Shown here piece by piece: positions 43,396 through 51,532 of a DNA stretch of 51,532 nucleotides. The first letter of the stretch is position 1. Each line of letters starts with the position of its first letter. The notes beneath the pieces are model-generated. The model had not been told where the DNA came from and searched no databases. It saw nothing but the letters and a program-made list of their open reading frames with translations. The stretch comes from Parcubacteria group bacterium GW2011_GWD2_38_11. Its GTDB lineage: Bacteria > Patescibacteriota > Minisyncoccia > Moranbacterales > GWC2-37-73. The DNA lies in contig LBTZ01000002.1 of the NCBI GenBank assembly GCA_000992325.1, positions 1 through 51,532 on the forward strand. Reading direction: 5' to 3'. A program made the translations under genes and the position numbers.

Positions 43396-43424
43396 GCAGA
43401 TCCTGAAACAAGTTCAGGATGACA
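43396..43424. repeat. palindromic mini-element (tgtcatcctgaacttgtttcaggatctgc type), intergenic
   Basis: gcagatcctgaaacaagttcaggatgaca contains a perfect 8-bp stem (atcctgaa/ttcaggat). It matches the in-CDS copy at 42858-42886 at about 24/29 positions. Confidence 0.8.
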
Positions 43425-43431
43425 AGTATTA

Positions 43432-44409
43432 TTATCGTAATTTACTGATTAAATTTTTAGTGAAAACAAAACCTCTGATAAAATTTGCACCATACACCAA
43501 ATGCGTGAGAAATATGCAATAAAGAGCATTTGAGATTATGAGCAGATTTTTTTCATGCTTATGGATGTCATGGAAGGCCTTCATCATTGCTAAGCCATAT
43601 ACAGCCCATCCGATCAGATACAACAGCAAAATAAATTCACTATAAAAACTCAAAATTCCACCCAGAACCACGAACAATAAAAAGAAACTCGGTACAAAAT
43701 AAATCAGTTTAAAAGAATTCTCTGGATATCTTTTGGCGAAAAAACCTCGATGTAATCCATATCCACCAACCTGTTTCAGATGCTTGCCAAGCCCTGCTCT
43801 GCGATGATGGTACACGATCAACTGTGGATTATAAATGATACTTTTCGGATATTTTTTAATCAAATCCAAACAAAGTTTCGTGTCTTCTCCTGGCCAAAAG
43901 TCGCCATTAAAGCCTCCAATTTCGCCAAATTTTTCTTTTCTGATTGAAAAATTCACACTTGGCCAATCATCAACTGAACCTCTTTTGCCAACGGAGGCAT
44001 ATCGCTCAGGACATCCACCCGACAGCGCGCTCAAAAAAACCGCTCCACTCACCTTTTGCCAGAAGCTGTCACTGGGAGGTGTTAGTGCCGGTCCCCCCAC
44101 CGCAATGACCTTCTCATCAAGAAAGTCCTGTTCCAAAATATCCAAGAAATTAGTCTCTGGATATGCATCGTCATCAATAAAAACAAGGATTTCTCCCTGC
44201 GCATCCTCGATTGCCTTTGTTCTCTTAACCGCAGGACCACAATGTCCAGTGGCAATCTGTCTTGTCTTTGGCCAACCTTCTCCGGTTGCCTCATCAGGAT
44301 AAACAATAATCTCATAATCATCTCGTGGAATATTCAACACCATTGACACTGCCTCGCGGACATAATCATTGATTGCCTTAACTGGAATAATAAAACTGTA
44401 TTTAATCAT
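43432..44409 (-). CDS. GT2 family glycosyltransferase with C-terminal TM helices
   Basis: 325 aa with YSFIIPVKA, VFIDDDAYP and WPGEDTKLC, plus 3 C-terminal TM helices. Confidence 0.8.
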   Translation of the reverse strand: MIKYSFIIPVKAINDYVREAVSMVLNIPRDDYEIIVYPDEATGEGWPKTRQIATGHCGPAVKRTKAIEDAQGEILVFIDDDAYPETNFLDILEQDFLDEKVIAVGGPALTPPSDSFWQKVSGAVFLSALSGGCPERYASVGKRGSVDDWPSVNFSIRKEKFGEIGGFNGDFWPGEDTKLCLDLIKKYPKSIIYNPQLIVYHHRRAGLGKHLKQVGGYGLHRGFFAKRYPENSFKLIYFVPSFFLLFVVLGGILSFYSEFILLLYLIGWAVYGLAMMKAFHDIHKHEKNLLIISNALYCIFLTHLVYGANFIRGFVFTKNLISKLR

Positions 44410-44420
44410 AGAGACTTATT

Positions 44421-45365
44421 TTATTTGTTTTTCCTGACCACATATATTGGTCTGTTTATAACCTCACCATGGATATTTGCAATATACAATGCCATGAGCC
44501 CAACTGACATCAAAATAATTCCAACCAAAAAGACCAGTAGAATGGCCAAATTTTCTGCATCTGAGAAAGTTGATGCGAAGGGTGTGCGGAAAAAGTATTT
44601 GCCCAGCAAAATGTAAAAACCTGCGCTGCCGGAAACCAAAGTGATCAAAGTTCCCAAATATCCCGCAATTTTTAGCGGTAATAAACTGAGCGAAATAAAA
44701 CTGTTCACTGCCAATCGAAAGAGCTTCCAGAAATTATAACTGGCCACTCCATGAATTCTTTCGTTAGCCTTGAATTCAACATATGCGCGCCGAAAACCCA
44801 ACCAATCAATTAATGCCCTGGTCATCCTATTTGCCTCAGTGAAGCGATTGAACTCATCAATCACGATCCTGTCTAGCAAGCGATAATCCGTGGCATTTGG
44901 CAAAACTTTTATTTCAGCGATTCTGTTGATTATCTTATAAAAAACAATTGAACCTATTTTCTTTATTAAACCTTCTCCGCTATTGATTTTTCTCACTCCA
45001 ACCACCACCTCAGCGCCTTCTTCCCATTTTTGGATAAATTCCGGGATAAGTTCCACTGGATGTTGGAGATCGGCATCAATCATGATGCATGCATCGCCCT
45101 GGCAATTGTGAATTCCAGCAGTGGTGGCCATTTCTTTTCCAAAATTACGTGAAAATTCAATATATCCTATATTTGGATATAAATCCTTCAATTTCTTGAT
45201 TTCTCTATCGCTTACATCCTCACTGCCATCATTCACGAAAATAATTTCAAAGTCATATTCAGACAGGGAAGAAATAACCCTTTGCACTTCAGCATGAAAC
45301 AAGGAAATGTTTTCTTCCTCATTATATACTGGACAAATAATTGAAATAAGTTTTTTTTGACTCAT
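44421..45365 (-). CDS. GT2 polyprenyl-phosphate glycosyltransferase (GtrB/CsbB/ArnC-like)
   Basis: 314 aa with SIICPVYNEEENI, IFVNDGSEDVS and IDADLQHP, plus two C-terminal TM helices. Confidence 0.87.
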   Translation of the reverse strand: MSQKKLISIICPVYNEEENISLFHAEVQRVISSLSEYDFEIIFVNDGSEDVSDREIKKLKDLYPNIGYIEFSRNFGKEMATTAGIHNCQGDACIMIDADLQHPVELIPEFIQKWEEGAEVVVGVRKINSGEGLIKKIGSIVFYKIINRIAEIKVLPNATDYRLLDRIVIDEFNRFTEANRMTRALIDWLGFRRAYVEFKANERIHGVASYNFWKLFRLAVNSFISLSLLPLKIAGYLGTLITLVSGSAGFYILLGKYFFRTPFASTFSDAENLAILLVFLVGIILMSVGLMALYIANIHGEVINRPIYVVRKNK

Positions 45366-46633
45366 GTTTTTATTATTCTGGGATTATCGAAAAGTAGAAA
45401 TAAACCAGCCAAAATGGCAGCAATTTGCGCTATTGAGATTATGCCAACGATAGCCTTGATGCTTGTTCCAAAAAACAAAAGACTTATTAAAGCAATCATT
45501 GAAATTACTAGTAGTAAATATGAAATGCCAGTCTTATTGACTGAAAGTAAATATGAATAAAGCATATTTACAAAGGAATAAAACGTGACCATTATAGCAA
45601 ACCACACCAGATAACTGGCCACACTCGCGTACTTGTTGCCGAACAATAATGCCAATATCTGTCCAGGAATAATAGCATACACCCCAATAGCTGCCAAGCA
45701 AACGACCGCCATAAGCATTGAAGCATTTTTTAAAACTTTGCGTGAATTACTTTTTTTATGATGATCACCTGCTGACATTGAAAACAGCACACTACCAATC
45801 ACGCCAGTGGCAAAGAAAATTATCTTCGCCACAATTGTGAGCGCTCCGTATTGCCCAGCGGTCAGTGCATCAAGATTGTGCTTGGCGATAACCATATCGA
45901 TATTACCCATCATGCTGATTGCCAAAGATCCAAAAAAAACAGGCACGATATATTTTTTCATGGATGCATAATCGACAAGATTTTCATGTTTATCATGCCC
46001 ACATTCTTCCTTTTCATGCGTCAGAAATTTCAACATTCCCAACGAGGCAATATATGAGGCAACTGCCCCCAGCATGAAACTTCCCACGATTCCATTCAAG
46101 CCAAAGCTCAACTTAACAAGCACAATCATGCTGATAAGCTTGGCCACTGTGCCCCAGATTCCCAACATGCTCACATCTTTGAATTTTTGCCAACCATTCA
46201 ACATTCCACTGTTTACCGCCACCAAAAACGAAAAAAACATTGAAATCCAAATGATGACCAAGGGCACACTACTTTTGATATTCAAAAAATGACTAATCAT
46301 CGGGGAAGTGAAAAGAGCCAGCAAAAAAATCGGCAAGCCATAGGTGAAAACTTTTTTGTTTAGATATTTCAAAATCTCATAGCTTCCACTTTTATCATCA
46401 TCAGCTTTGCAATGAGCGGCATATTTCGTGGCAACCATCGCCAATGTCATAGCTGGAACTGAAATAATGTTCATGAGCGAGACAAGCGACTCAACTTCAC
46501 CATAAACCTGGACGCTGATCATCCTTCCAGCAATTAAATGAAAAGCGTAGTTGAGAACATTTCCAACCATGCTACCAGCAAACAAAATGGCACTATTTCT
46601 GGCAAAGGCATTATTTTTGATTCTTTGGATCAT
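45362..46633 (-). CDS. oligosaccharide/polysaccharide flippase (Wzx-like, MOP superfamily)
   Basis: 423 aa with about 12 TM helices and an N-terminal NSAILFAGSMVGNVLNY. Its stop overlaps the next start (ATGA). Confidence 0.78.
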   Translation of the reverse strand: MIQRIKNNAFARNSAILFAGSMVGNVLNYAFHLIAGRMISVQVYGEVESLVSLMNIISVPAMTLAMVATKYAAHCKADDDKSGSYEILKYLNKKVFTYGLPIFLLALFTSPMISHFLNIKSSVPLVIIWISMFFSFLVAVNSGMLNGWQKFKDVSMLGIWGTVAKLISMIVLVKLSFGLNGIVGSFMLGAVASYIASLGMLKFLTHEKEECGHDKHENLVDYASMKKYIVPVFFGSLAISMMGNIDMVIAKHNLDALTAGQYGALTIVAKIIFFATGVIGSVLFSMSAGDHHKKSNSRKVLKNASMLMAVVCLAAIGVYAIIPGQILALLFGNKYASVASYLVWFAIMVTFYSFVNMLYSYLLSVNKTGISYLLLVISMIALISLLFFGTSIKAIVGIISIAQIAAILAGLFLLFDNPRIIKT

Positions 46634-46681
46634 TTTGTTTTGACTATTCTTTTAAGAATTCTTTAGGAAGCTCAATATTTT

Positions 46682-47425
46682 TTAACCATTTGTATTAGAT
46701 GTTTGAAGATATTCCTTCAGCACAACCGAAGTCTCACCATATCCCCTTACCACACCACCATCAATCCAGACCACCCGGTCACAAAACTTTTCAATACTTT
46801 CATGATCATGTGAAATAAACAAAATTGTTTTTTGCCTTCTTATTTTTTTAAAATATGTGTAGCATTTTTGTTGAAAAGCTTCATCGCCCACTGCCAAAAC
46901 TTCATCAAGCAGCAAGATTTCCCTGTTTGCGTGGACTGCCACAGAAAAAGCCAAGCGCACTTGCATCCCAGAAGAATAGCGATTCAATTTTTGATCAACA
47001 AATCTTTCCAATTCTGCAAATTTCACAATTTCTGAAAATTTTGCATCAACTTCCTTTTTGGTCATTCCCAAAATTATTGCGTTGAGATATATGTTGTCGC
47101 GCCCAGAAAGTTCTGGATTAAAACCAATTCCCAATTCCAAAAAAGGCGAGATCATTCCATTGATCTCAATCTTTCCACCATCTGTCTGATATATCCCAGC
47201 CAGAATTTTCAATAGCGTGCTTTTCCCCGATCCGTTTTTTCCAACAATCCCAAAAAATTCTCCTTTTTTCACTTCAAAAGAAACGTCGTCAAGCGCTTTG
47301 AATTCCTCAAAACTTTTCTTTTTGAAAATATTCACCGCCATCCCACGCAAAGAAGACACCTTCTCGTGAGGAATTTTAAAGGTCTTACTGACGTTTTTTA
47401 CTGATATCGCAATGTTTTTTTCCAT
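46682..47425 (-). CDS. ABC transporter ATP-binding protein (polysaccharide/teichoic-acid export type, TagH/Wzt-like)
   Basis: 247 aa. Walker A GKNGSGKSTLLK, signature YSSGMQVRL, and Walker B ILLLDEVL. Confidence 0.9.
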   Translation of the reverse strand: MEKNIAISVKNVSKTFKIPHEKVSSLRGMAVNIFKKKSFEEFKALDDVSFEVKKGEFFGIVGKNGSGKSTLLKILAGIYQTDGGKIEINGMISPFLELGIGFNPELSGRDNIYLNAIILGMTKKEVDAKFSEIVKFAELERFVDQKLNRYSSGMQVRLAFSVAVHANREILLLDEVLAVGDEAFQQKCYTYFKKIRRQKTILFISHDHESIEKFCDRVVWIDGGVVRGYGETSVVLKEYLQTSNTNG

Positions 47426-47447
47426 CTAAATATTGTAACTCATTTTA

Positions 47448-47477
47448 AGTATATTTTCCACATTTCTTTTTCCGCAA
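47448..47477 (-). promoter_or_regulatory. candidate promoter for the long minus-strand glycan operon
   Basis: The minus strand reads TTGCGG, an 18-nt spacer, then TATACT, about 22 nt upstream of the ABC ATPase start. Confidence 0.3.
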
Positions 47478-47819
47478 AAGAAACCTGGAGGTTTGAAAGT
47501 CACCCAAAGGGTGATCAGCCTCTGGCTGAAAAACTCGCACCTGATGAAGATACTGTGGCAAAAACTTCGCTCTACGCTAAAATTTACACTGCGTGCCTTC
47601 GCTTGCTAGCGGGCACTACGTTTCAAAATTTCTTAACGCTCCATTCGTTGCAGATTTGTATCGGCGAATTTCTAGTGCGAAACGGGATGCAAAATACAAT
47701 ACAAATGCCTTTTTACAAATTAATTTTATCATTTTAAGGGCAAAAATGCAATATTTTTAAGACAAAGAAAAAAGGAACCGATTATATCGATTCCTTTTAT
47801 TGAAACGCAAGAAAAAATT

Positions 47820-48299
47820 TCAGCAAGTCATCATCAAGATATCACTGATTCCCCTTGCCAGCACTGGGTTACCAATTTTATCCTTGGCAGCCAAATTCAG
47901 AAGCCTGAAAAGGTCGGTCCTGTTGAACTTGAGCATAAAACACTTAAGTCCGACAACCTCTTTTTCATCTGCACCCAGGAAAATTCTGGTTGAAACAGCC
48001 AGGAAATCTGACAGGCAAGAGATTTCAGGAAATGAAAGGGTTTTCAGTTCATACCTGTCATTCGTTTTCCCAAAAACCTTGTTGAGAATTTCAGAGAGCC
48101 TATCTCCAAGTTTCTGGCCCTCATCCCCCGTTGCAATTGCCGAAAAAATTTCATCCTGACTATTTGATGTTGCGGATTTGTCAGAACGATTCCCACCACT
48201 TACAACCTTCATCGTTGCATAATGCGGAGAATTGCGAAACCGACGGGACACCAACTCATTTTCGGTTGAAAAAACATCCAAAGATTTACTACTTTGCAT
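47820..48299 (-). CDS. hypothetical protein
   Basis: 159-aa ORF with a strong SD (gaaaggagctttATG). No family recognised. Confidence 0.6.
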   Translation of the reverse strand: MQSSKSLDVFSTENELVSRRFRNSPHYATMKVVSGGNRSDKSATSNSQDEIFSAIATGDEGQKLGDRLSEILNKVFGKTNDRYELKTLSFPEISCLSDFLAVSTRIFLGADEKEVVGLKCFMLKFNRTDLFRLLNLAAKDKIGNPVLARGISDILMMTC

Positions 48300-48625
48300 A
48301 AAAGCTCCTTTCGTCCTACTGGTTGGATTTGAACTGCTTTATATATCTACTCTATTGTTATGTTAAAACTACTAAATCACCATCCTACCTTTATACAGCA
48401 TTTTCAATATCCTGTCAAGCCCCCGTAATATCCCAATAGCTTGGAAACTTTTCTGGCATACTAATTAGTTATCAATTAACGTTCCAAGCTATTAGTTAGA
48501 AGACCACCCCCTAGAAATACATCCATTTATAGAATGTAACATTTTTCACATAAACCCTTCCACAAACCCGACGCCATATCTTTTTAATTCAACATATATC
48601 TTCTCACCACCTTCCAAACCAACAT

Positions 48626-48663
48626 ATACCAAAACCAGACGACCGCATAGTTTTGGTATATGT
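48626..48663. repeat. 36-38 bp palindromic repeat, copy 1
   Basis: ataccaaaaccagacgaccgcatagttttggtatatg, with a 10-bp stem ataccaaaac/gttttggtat. Confidence 0.85.
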
Positions 48664-48769
48664 TGGTATAACACAAGATTTCAACAAGAGTTCAAAAAGC
48701 AGATTATTTCACCTCAAAAAACCAGACTATTTTTGTATATAAAAAAATACCGAAAGTAACTTCTGTATT

Positions 48770-49324
48770 TCAATACAATTTGAATTTTAATTTCAACTCT
48801 TCTTCATTTGAAATATTAACAATTTCCCCATAGCGGACCAAATTTCGAAGCTGAAAATATTCCGTGATAAAATTTATTTCATCCAAACATGGAAAAGGAT
48901 GCACAAAAACAGATTTTTGTATCTCCCTAAATCCAATATCTTTCAATTTATCTCTAAGGATATTTCTTTCCGATCTTCTCTTTTCTGGAATATCAAACAT
49001 CACAATTCTCCATTTCTTGTCCCACCGCAGAGGTTTGGCAATTTCGATTGTACCTATTTTAAATTCAAGCGTTTTCAGTTTTCCTTTTTCGGTTAACACG
49101 ATCTTGGTTAATCCATTTTCTTGCTCAATATATTCAACTAAACGCTCTTGTTTAAATTCTTTTACTACGCGATAAAGATACTGTTTATTTATTTCATGCC
49201 AATCCTTTTTGAGGGTTTTAAAAACATAGCGTTGTGATTTTGGATTATTCGCAAAACCAAGTGCCAACCCTCCAGCAAGAAGAAGTAATACCTTTCTTTT
49301 AATTGGGCTTCTGATTACTTTCAT
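48770..49324 (-). CDS. PaaX-like / Cas2-fold domain protein (possible transcriptional regulator)
   Basis: 184 aa. The N-terminal region is winged-helix-like. The C-terminal WDKKWRIVMFDIPEKRRSERNILRDKLKDIGFREIQKSVFVHP matches the PaaX C-terminal/Cas2-like ferredoxin-fold pattern as I recall it. Confidence 0.55.
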   Translation of the reverse strand: MKVIRSPIKRKVLLLLAGGLALGFANNPKSQRYVFKTLKKDWHEINKQYLYRVVKEFKQERLVEYIEQENGLTKIVLTEKGKLKTLEFKIGTIEIAKPLRWDKKWRIVMFDIPEKRRSERNILRDKLKDIGFREIQKSVFVHPFPCLDEINFITEYFQLRNLVRYGEIVNISNEEELKLKFKLY

Positions 49325-49350
49325 CTTGTTTTAATAAAAATTTATCCATC

Positions 49351-49386
49351 ATACCAAAACTCGACGACCGCATAGTTTTGGCATAT
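49351..49386. repeat. 36-38 bp palindromic repeat, copy 2
   Basis: ataccaaaactcgacgaccgcatagttttggcatat. It differs from copy 1 at 3 positions. Confidence 0.85.
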
Positions 49387-49501
49387 ATAATAAATTAATG
49401 ATTTTTATTTTTTGAACCTAAATTTCTAACACCAAATTGGTTTGATTAATGCTATAATGTCATCTCAAGTGAAGTGAGTCCGACAATCTTAACGCTTTTT
49501 A

Positions 49502-49918
49502 TTATTTTTTTGCTTTTCGAGATTCCCAGAAAATTATACCGAGACTTGAAATTAAAAAAATTACAGGCAATAAAAAGATTGCTAATTCCTTAATACTAGG
49601 AAAAAACATATCGCCCATAGAAGGCAAGAAAAAAATAGATACAATTGAAATTGGAATAAAAATTATCGCAAATTTTGACCAAGCATTAAAAATTTGTTCG
49701 CGTAAAAATACTATTATGAAAGATATGATAAAAATCGGAACGGCAAAGACAAAAAAAGGCAATATGACAGTGTTAGAAATATCTATATATTTATGCAAAC
49801 AATTAATATCGTTTTTTACACAAAGTCCAAAAATATCTGGTGATCCAAGCACTAGACTCAAGATAGATACAGTAGTTGATCCGATCAAAATCCAATAATT
49901 TTTTTTCTTATAATTCAT
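49502..49918 (-). CDS. small membrane protein
   Basis: 138 aa with 4 TM helices. Confidence 0.6.
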   Translation of the reverse strand: MNYKKKNYWILIGSTTVSILSLVLGSPDIFGLCVKNDINCLHKYIDISNTVILPFFVFAVPIFIISFIIVFLREQIFNAWSKFAIIFIPISIVSIFFLPSMGDMFFPSIKELAIFLLPVIFLISSLGIIFWESRKAKK

Positions 49919-49950
49919 ATTTTTTTATTTTAGCACAAATTAATTAATAA

Positions 49951-51532
49951 TTACATTGCAAGTATTTTATCCATAATCCCCATCAATTTTTCCGCTTCGT
50001 CTTTCAGAATGCGGAATTTTTCAGGAGTATTAATGTCGCTGAAAACTTCAATTTGATGTTTTACATTTCTCAACATTGCATCAGCGGCTACACTATGACC
50101 TTTTTCCAATTGTTTTTTAGCGTTGTCTATTTTATTAACCAATCGATCCTTAACCGTCTTGTCGACATCAAGAGAGCTAATAATTTTTTCAAAAATTTCC
50201 AACAGATCCTCTCTTTTAATCACTTCTCCTGGTCGAAAAATCGCATCGATTTGTCCATCATTTTCCACATCTATTTTCATTTCGCCAATGCTATCAGAAA
50301 TTAAAATTTCAGCTTTCATTCCTTGCATAACAGGAATATTAGTAAATGTGGTTGTTTTGACGTCTTGCTTGCCGATAACTTCATCAATTTCAAAAGTAAA
50401 TGTTCCCAAATCTTCCCCTTCAAGAATAACAGTCTGGACAAGATTTCCTTCTGATCCAGCATATTTTGTTTCGCCAAACTCCATATAATATGAATTAGGA
50501 ATCTGTTTTTCAAAAAATCTCAAATCAGAAAGTGGATTTTTGTTTTCAATAAGACCAGTATGCCTTCCATCTTTATCATAAATATGCAACGCCACAGGAG
50601 AATGCAGGCGATATCGGAGACTTTTATCTTCATTTTTTACTTCCGGTTTTTCCATAGAAATATAATTTACTGATTCCTTTTTTCCCTGAATAATATTTTT
50701 AATGAAATCTTGTAATGGTTCAATTTCTAATATATCTGCATGTTCTCTACTAACCTTAAAATCTAAATCCAAAAGATTATTATAAAGCTTAAGATCAACA
50801 TAATATCTTTCCGCATTACCATCCATTTCCACTGCACTTGGAACAACCACTGTTTCGTCTCCATCTTGTGTGAAAAGCAATGAGCGATCAATATTGCTCA
50901 ATTTATTGGGACAGAAAATAAAATCGCAATCATCATATTTTATGCCCCTAATCGTATCCAATCCCCAACCTGCGATCTGGACAACCTCCATACCCGCAGG
51001 AGCTTGCCATAAATCCAAAGATTCATGGGTTTTTTCAGCTTGAGAGAAAAAATTATCCTTAAGCACATTTGGCGAATCAGTATCATCAGTATCAGGTTCA
51101 GTACGCTTACCATCATCACCAAGCAAGAATTTTTTGAACTCATCAAAATTATTAATATCATTTCCGAAGATTGATGGAAAATCATATATATTTTTCACGT
51201 CTGAATCAAATTCAATAACAGGACTTTGAACAACATCAAAATATTTTTTTGATGGAAGAAGGTTGTAAGCACTAATCATATTTTCTCCAAATCCACGCGC
51301 GGTCTTCTTGTCAAGAATCACCCCATAAAGAAAATTAGACCCATCTCCATGCAAAAGTCCTAATGCAGCTTTAGGTGTGCCAATCTGAGGAGTGGCAACC
51401 ATAATGATACGATCTACAAGTTTTTCCTCTCCACTTTTTTTCAAACTATCAACAATAACTTTTGCAAGCAAGCCGCCATTACTATGTCCGATAAGTGTCA
51501 CTTTTCCTGTTTTTGATTCCTTTGCTGAATTT
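49951..51532 (-). CDS. alpha/beta-hydrolase (lipase/esterase-like) protein with long C-terminal extension, partial at the right edge
   Basis: The frame remains open upstream of the track start (codon at 51501 is GTG) to the window end: NSAKESKTGKVTLIGHSNGG. The GHSxG nucleophile elbow lies at the very N-terminal visible part, followed by about 500 aa of unknown domains. Confidence 0.72.
   Translation of the reverse strand, partial: NSAKESKTGKVTLIGHSNGGLLAKVIVDSLKKSGEEKLVDRIIMVATPQIGTPKAALGLLHGDGSNFLYGVILDKKTARGFGENMISAYNLLPSKKYFDVVQSPVIEFDSDVKNIYDFPSIFGNDINNFDEFKKFLLGDDGKRTEPDTDDTDSPNVLKDNFFSQAEKTHESLDLWQAPAGMEVVQIAGWGLDTIRGIKYDDCDFIFCPNKLSNIDRSLLFTQDGDETVVVPSAVEMDGNAERYYVDLKLYNNLLDLDFKVSREHADILEIEPLQDFIKNIIQGKKESVNYISMEKPEVKNEDKSLRYRLHSPVALHIYDKDGRHTGLIENKNPLSDLRFFEKQIPNSYYMEFGETKYAGSEGNLVQTVILEGEDLGTFTFEIDEVIGKQDVKTTTFTNIPVMQGMKAEILISDSIGEMKIDVENDGQIDAIFRPGEVIKREDLLEIFEKIISSLDVDKTVKDRLVNKIDNAKKQLEKGHSVAADAMLRNVKHQIEVFSDINTPEKFRILKDEAEKLMGIMDKILAM

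Noticed and set aside
47426-47819. RNase P RNA, tmRNA or SRP RNA in the GC-rich spacer (ggaggtttgaaagtcac superficially recalls the RNase P GAGGAAAGTCC box)
   Set aside because: The conserved P4 sequence does not match exactly. There is no tRNA-like 3' end, no ACAGNRA-type element, and no SRP domain IV motif on either strand.
48770-49324. Possible CRISPR-Cas remnant, because the protein has a Cas2-like C-terminal domain and repeats flank the gene
   Set aside because: Only two copies of the 36-bp repeat exist and they lie about 690 bp apart around the gene. There is no regularly spaced repeat-spacer array anywhere in the window and no other cas gene. The domain pattern fits PaaX-type regulators equally well.
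1-51532. Alternative genetic code (UGA as sense, as in some CPR lineages)
   Set aside because: Long family-consistent ORFs terminate at TGA as well as TAA and TAG (for example 2270..4576 and 41819..43381). No conserved gene is interrupted by in-frame TGA, so the standard code 11 fits.

Overview
The window is AT-rich (about one third GC by eye), densely coding, and reads cleanly with the standard bacterial code. About 50 genes are supported, and most deal with cell-envelope glycans. At the left are three paralogous GT-C (ArnT/PMT-like) membrane glycosyltransferases, one fused to a metallophosphoesterase domain, followed by a UPF0104 flippase-like protein and a GT4. The middle holds two UDP-glucose dehydrogenase-family genes plus a UDP-glucuronate decarboxylase (UDP-xylose route), two polyprenyl-phosphate GT2s, and secreted or wall-associated proteins including a SpoIID-domain protein with a Lys/Tyr-rich N-terminus. 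From 23.2 to 47.4 kb runs a ~24 kb single-strand glycan gene string: ABC ATPase, Wzx-like flippase, five GT2, two GT4, a B12-binding radical SAM enzyme, an epimerase, two hexapeptide acyltransferases, an SGNH hydrolase, four methyltransferases (two tandem FkbM), and two large YfhO-like GT-C proteins. I found no rRNA, tRNA, transposase, integrase, reverse transcriptase or CRISPR array.

Two sets of repeats stand out as unexplained by the genes:
- **GC-rich palindromic mini-elements.** Words such as tgtcattcccgcgaaggcgggaatcc and tgtcatcctgaacttgtttcaggatc occur in intergenic DNA and also in frame inside two coding genes, the 885-aa GT-C-like protein and the B12-radical SAM enzyme. This resembles Rickettsia palindromic elements.
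- **Small-ORF cassettes.** Two four-helix-bundle proteins and one GxxExxY protein are each bracketed by their own low-complexity inverted repeats. There is also a cargo-less hairpin and a solo arm.

The gene content, weak Shine-Dalgarno usage and abundance of four-helix-bundle genes suggest a Candidate Phyla Radiation (Patescibacteria)-like organism, but that is inference only. All family calls come from motifs read by eye; no searches were run.
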